Source of the DNA: Mobula hypostoma
Lineage: Eukaryota
Assembly (NCBI RefSeq): GCF_963921235.1
Contig: NC_086097.1
Span: 240,190,001 to 240,254,000 of the forward strand
Direction: 5' to 3'
DNA length: 64,000 nt
In this document: one piece after another, positions 61,722 through 64,000 of the stretch
Layout of the letters: each line of letters starts with the position of its first letter
Position numbering within the stretch: position 1 is the first letter of the stretch
Translations under genes and position numbers: made by a program
The notes under the pieces: generated by a model
The model's input: only the letters and a program-made list of their open reading frames with translations
The model's database searches: none
Told to the model about the DNA's origin: nothing

Positions 61722-62587
61722 TAATCTGGTATACCTCTATCAAATCTCCCCTCAATCTTCTATGTTCTAAGGAATAAAGTCCTAACCTATTCAATCTTTC
61801 CTCATAACTCAGGTCTTTCAATCCCGGAAACATCCTGTAAATCTAGTTTGTGCCAAGCCATTTAAACTTATACATATATCTTTAAAGCATAGTTCAATGT
61901 TTACATTGCAGGAGAATTAAGGGTTTTTGGGTAAAGGCAGGTAGGTGGAGTTGAGTCCACAGCCTGATTAGTCATGATTTTATTGAATGGTGGAGCAGGT
62001 TGGACTGGCCAGATGGCCAACTCATGCTCTTATTTCTTACGTAAAATAATAACCTCCTGTCATGCACATTTGGGGCATAATGAAATCCTATATTCAAAAA
62101 CAGAGTAAAACACAAGACCTCAGCAAATCCTTCATCTCCCACAGTATTCTCTAGCCTGTCACCAAAGGGCGAGGTACCTTGAAGCAGTTGGCAGTTCTTC
62201 TATCTGGGAATCTGCAGAAGGAGGAAGAAAAGGGAGCGAGGCCAAGAAAATCATCATTTTTTTACTTTTTGTACATTTGTAACAGCTCCTCAGGGCTGCA
62301 GGCCTGCTGGCTGCTGTTTCTGGAGAGCTGCCAGAAGGAAGTGCATTTGGTGGCTGTAAAGTACAAACATGAGCATTTGGTCCCTGCAAGAAATTAGCAG
62401 AATTTGGTGATACAGAGAGCTGCTAGAACATCTGCACATGGGCAAGGTTAATATGTGTTAATCTACACTGCATGGAATTCAGCTTTTTAAAAGAACAAGT
62501 GATTTAAAATATTACCAGATTTAAACTCGCTGCAGATTTTCCATATCTCCTTTAACTTTTTAAATGAACTTAAAAAAAGATAAGTTT

Positions 62588-64000
62588 TATAAGACCGTAA
62601 GATAGAGGAGCAGAATTAAGTCATTTGACCCATCGATTCTGTACCACCATTTCATCATGGGTGATCCAATTTTCCTCTCAGCCCCAATCTTCTGCCTTAT
62701 CCCTATATCCATTCATTCCCTGACCAGTCAAGATAAGGGACCTAAACCTGCTCACAATACTCCAAGTGAGGCTTCATCAATGCTTTATAAAGTTTCAACA
62801 TTACATCCTTGCATTTATATTCTAGTCCTCTCGAAACGAATGTTAATGTTGCATCTGCCTTCCTCACCACAGACTCAATCTGCAAATTAACCTTGTGGGA
62901 ATCCTGCACAAGACCCTTTGCAGCTTAGATTTTTGTATTTTCTCTCCATTTAGAAAATAGTCAACCCTTTCATTTCTTCTACCAAGTGCATGACCATAAT
63001 TTCCTGACATTGTGTTCCATCTGCCATTTCTTTGCCCATTCTCCTAATCTGTCTGAGCTTCTGTAGCCTCTATTCTTCCTTAAACTACCAGCTCCTCCAC
63101 CTATCTTCATATTGTCTGCAGACTTTGAAACAAAGCTATCAATTCCATTATCCAAATCATTGACAAGTAACATAAAAAGAATCAGTTCTAACACAGACCC
63201 TTGTGGAACACCACTAGTCACTGGCAGTCAGTCAGATAAAGCTCCCTTTATTCCCACTATTTGCTTCCTGCCAATCAGCCACTGTTTTATCCATGCTAGA
63301 ACCTTTCCTGTAATACCATGGGCTCGTAGCTTGTAAAGCAGCCTCATGCATGCCCTCTTGTCAAAGGCCTTCTGAAAATCCAAATCCATTACTTTAACCA
63401 ATTCACCTTTGTCTATCCTGCTTGCTATTTCTTCAAAGAATTCCAACAGATTTCTCAGGAAAGATTTTCCCTTGAAGAAACCATGCTGACTGTGGTCTAT
63501 TTTATCATGTGGCTGCAAGTACCCTGAAACCTCATCCTTAATAATCAGCTCCAACATCTTCCCAACCGCTGAGATCAGGCTAGCTGTTCTACAGTTTCCT
63601 TTCTTCCACCTCTCTCCCTTCCTGAAGAGTGGAATAAATTCTGCAAATTTGCAGTCTTCCAGAACCATTCCAGAATCTAGTGATTCATGAAAGATCATTA
63701 CAAACACCTCCACGATCTCTTCTGCCACCTCTTTCAGAACTCTGGCATGTTACACCATCTGGTCCAGGTGATTTATCCACCTTCAGACCTTTCAGTTTCC
63801 CAAGAACCTTCTCTCTAGTTATGGTAACTTCACACACTTCATGCCCCCTGACACCTAGAGCTTCCACAATACTGCTAGTGTCTTCCACAGTGAAAACTGA
63901 TGCAAAATACTTGTTCAATTCTTCCACCATTTCTTGTTTCCCATTACTACCTCTCCAGTATTATTTTTTAGCAATCCAATATTCACACTCACCTCCCTTT
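62588..64000 (-). mobile_element. CR1 LINE with an internal deletion (~62740), continuing beyond the window
   Basis: EELNKYFASVFT, KSPGPDG, QHGFFKGKS, LDFQKAFDK and GVPQGSVL (ORFs 62979-63930). Same family as 49163-51330. Confidence 0.95.

Noticed and set aside
1..64000. Prokaryotic systems (operons, CRISPR arrays, retrons, defence islands)
   Set aside because: There is no gene-dense architecture or repeat-spacer array. All RT fragments carry eukaryotic non-LTR or Penelope motifs, and the short repeats are LINE tails or microsatellites.

Overview
This is eukaryotic, intron-like or intergenic vertebrate DNA, not a prokaryotic locus. The repeat content points to a cartilaginous fish, probably a ray or shark (inference): CR1/HER1-like LINEs with short tandem tails, HE1/V-SINE-type SINEs, DeuSINE relics, Rex1/Babar, Penelope-like, L2, L1-clade and RTE elements, Tc1/hAT MITEs and solo LTRs. 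Most of the window is decayed, often nested, transposable elements. Nearly every long ORF in the track is a retrotransposon RT/endonuclease fragment or its antisense shadow. No complete host gene is visible; the best host-gene signal is one 51-nt candidate exon at 33901-33951. The most notable structures are: (i) a Penelope-like element and a set of short, often fold-back derivatives; the family terminal repeat carries a minimal hammerhead ribozyme, and four of the short inserts have 13-16 bp TSDs; (ii) a CR1-in-CR1 insertion whose 5' junction is a 22-nt near-palindrome encoding the RT FADD motif on both strands; (iii) a ~0.6 kb non-coding retroelement with an L1-like GGGAGGAGAAGATGG start and an (AATCT)n tail; (iv) Tc1-type MITEs whose ends are themselves hairpin mini-MITEs. 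Boundaries of decayed elements are approximate (tens of bp) unless TSDs are quoted. Family names come from motif recognition, not database searches.
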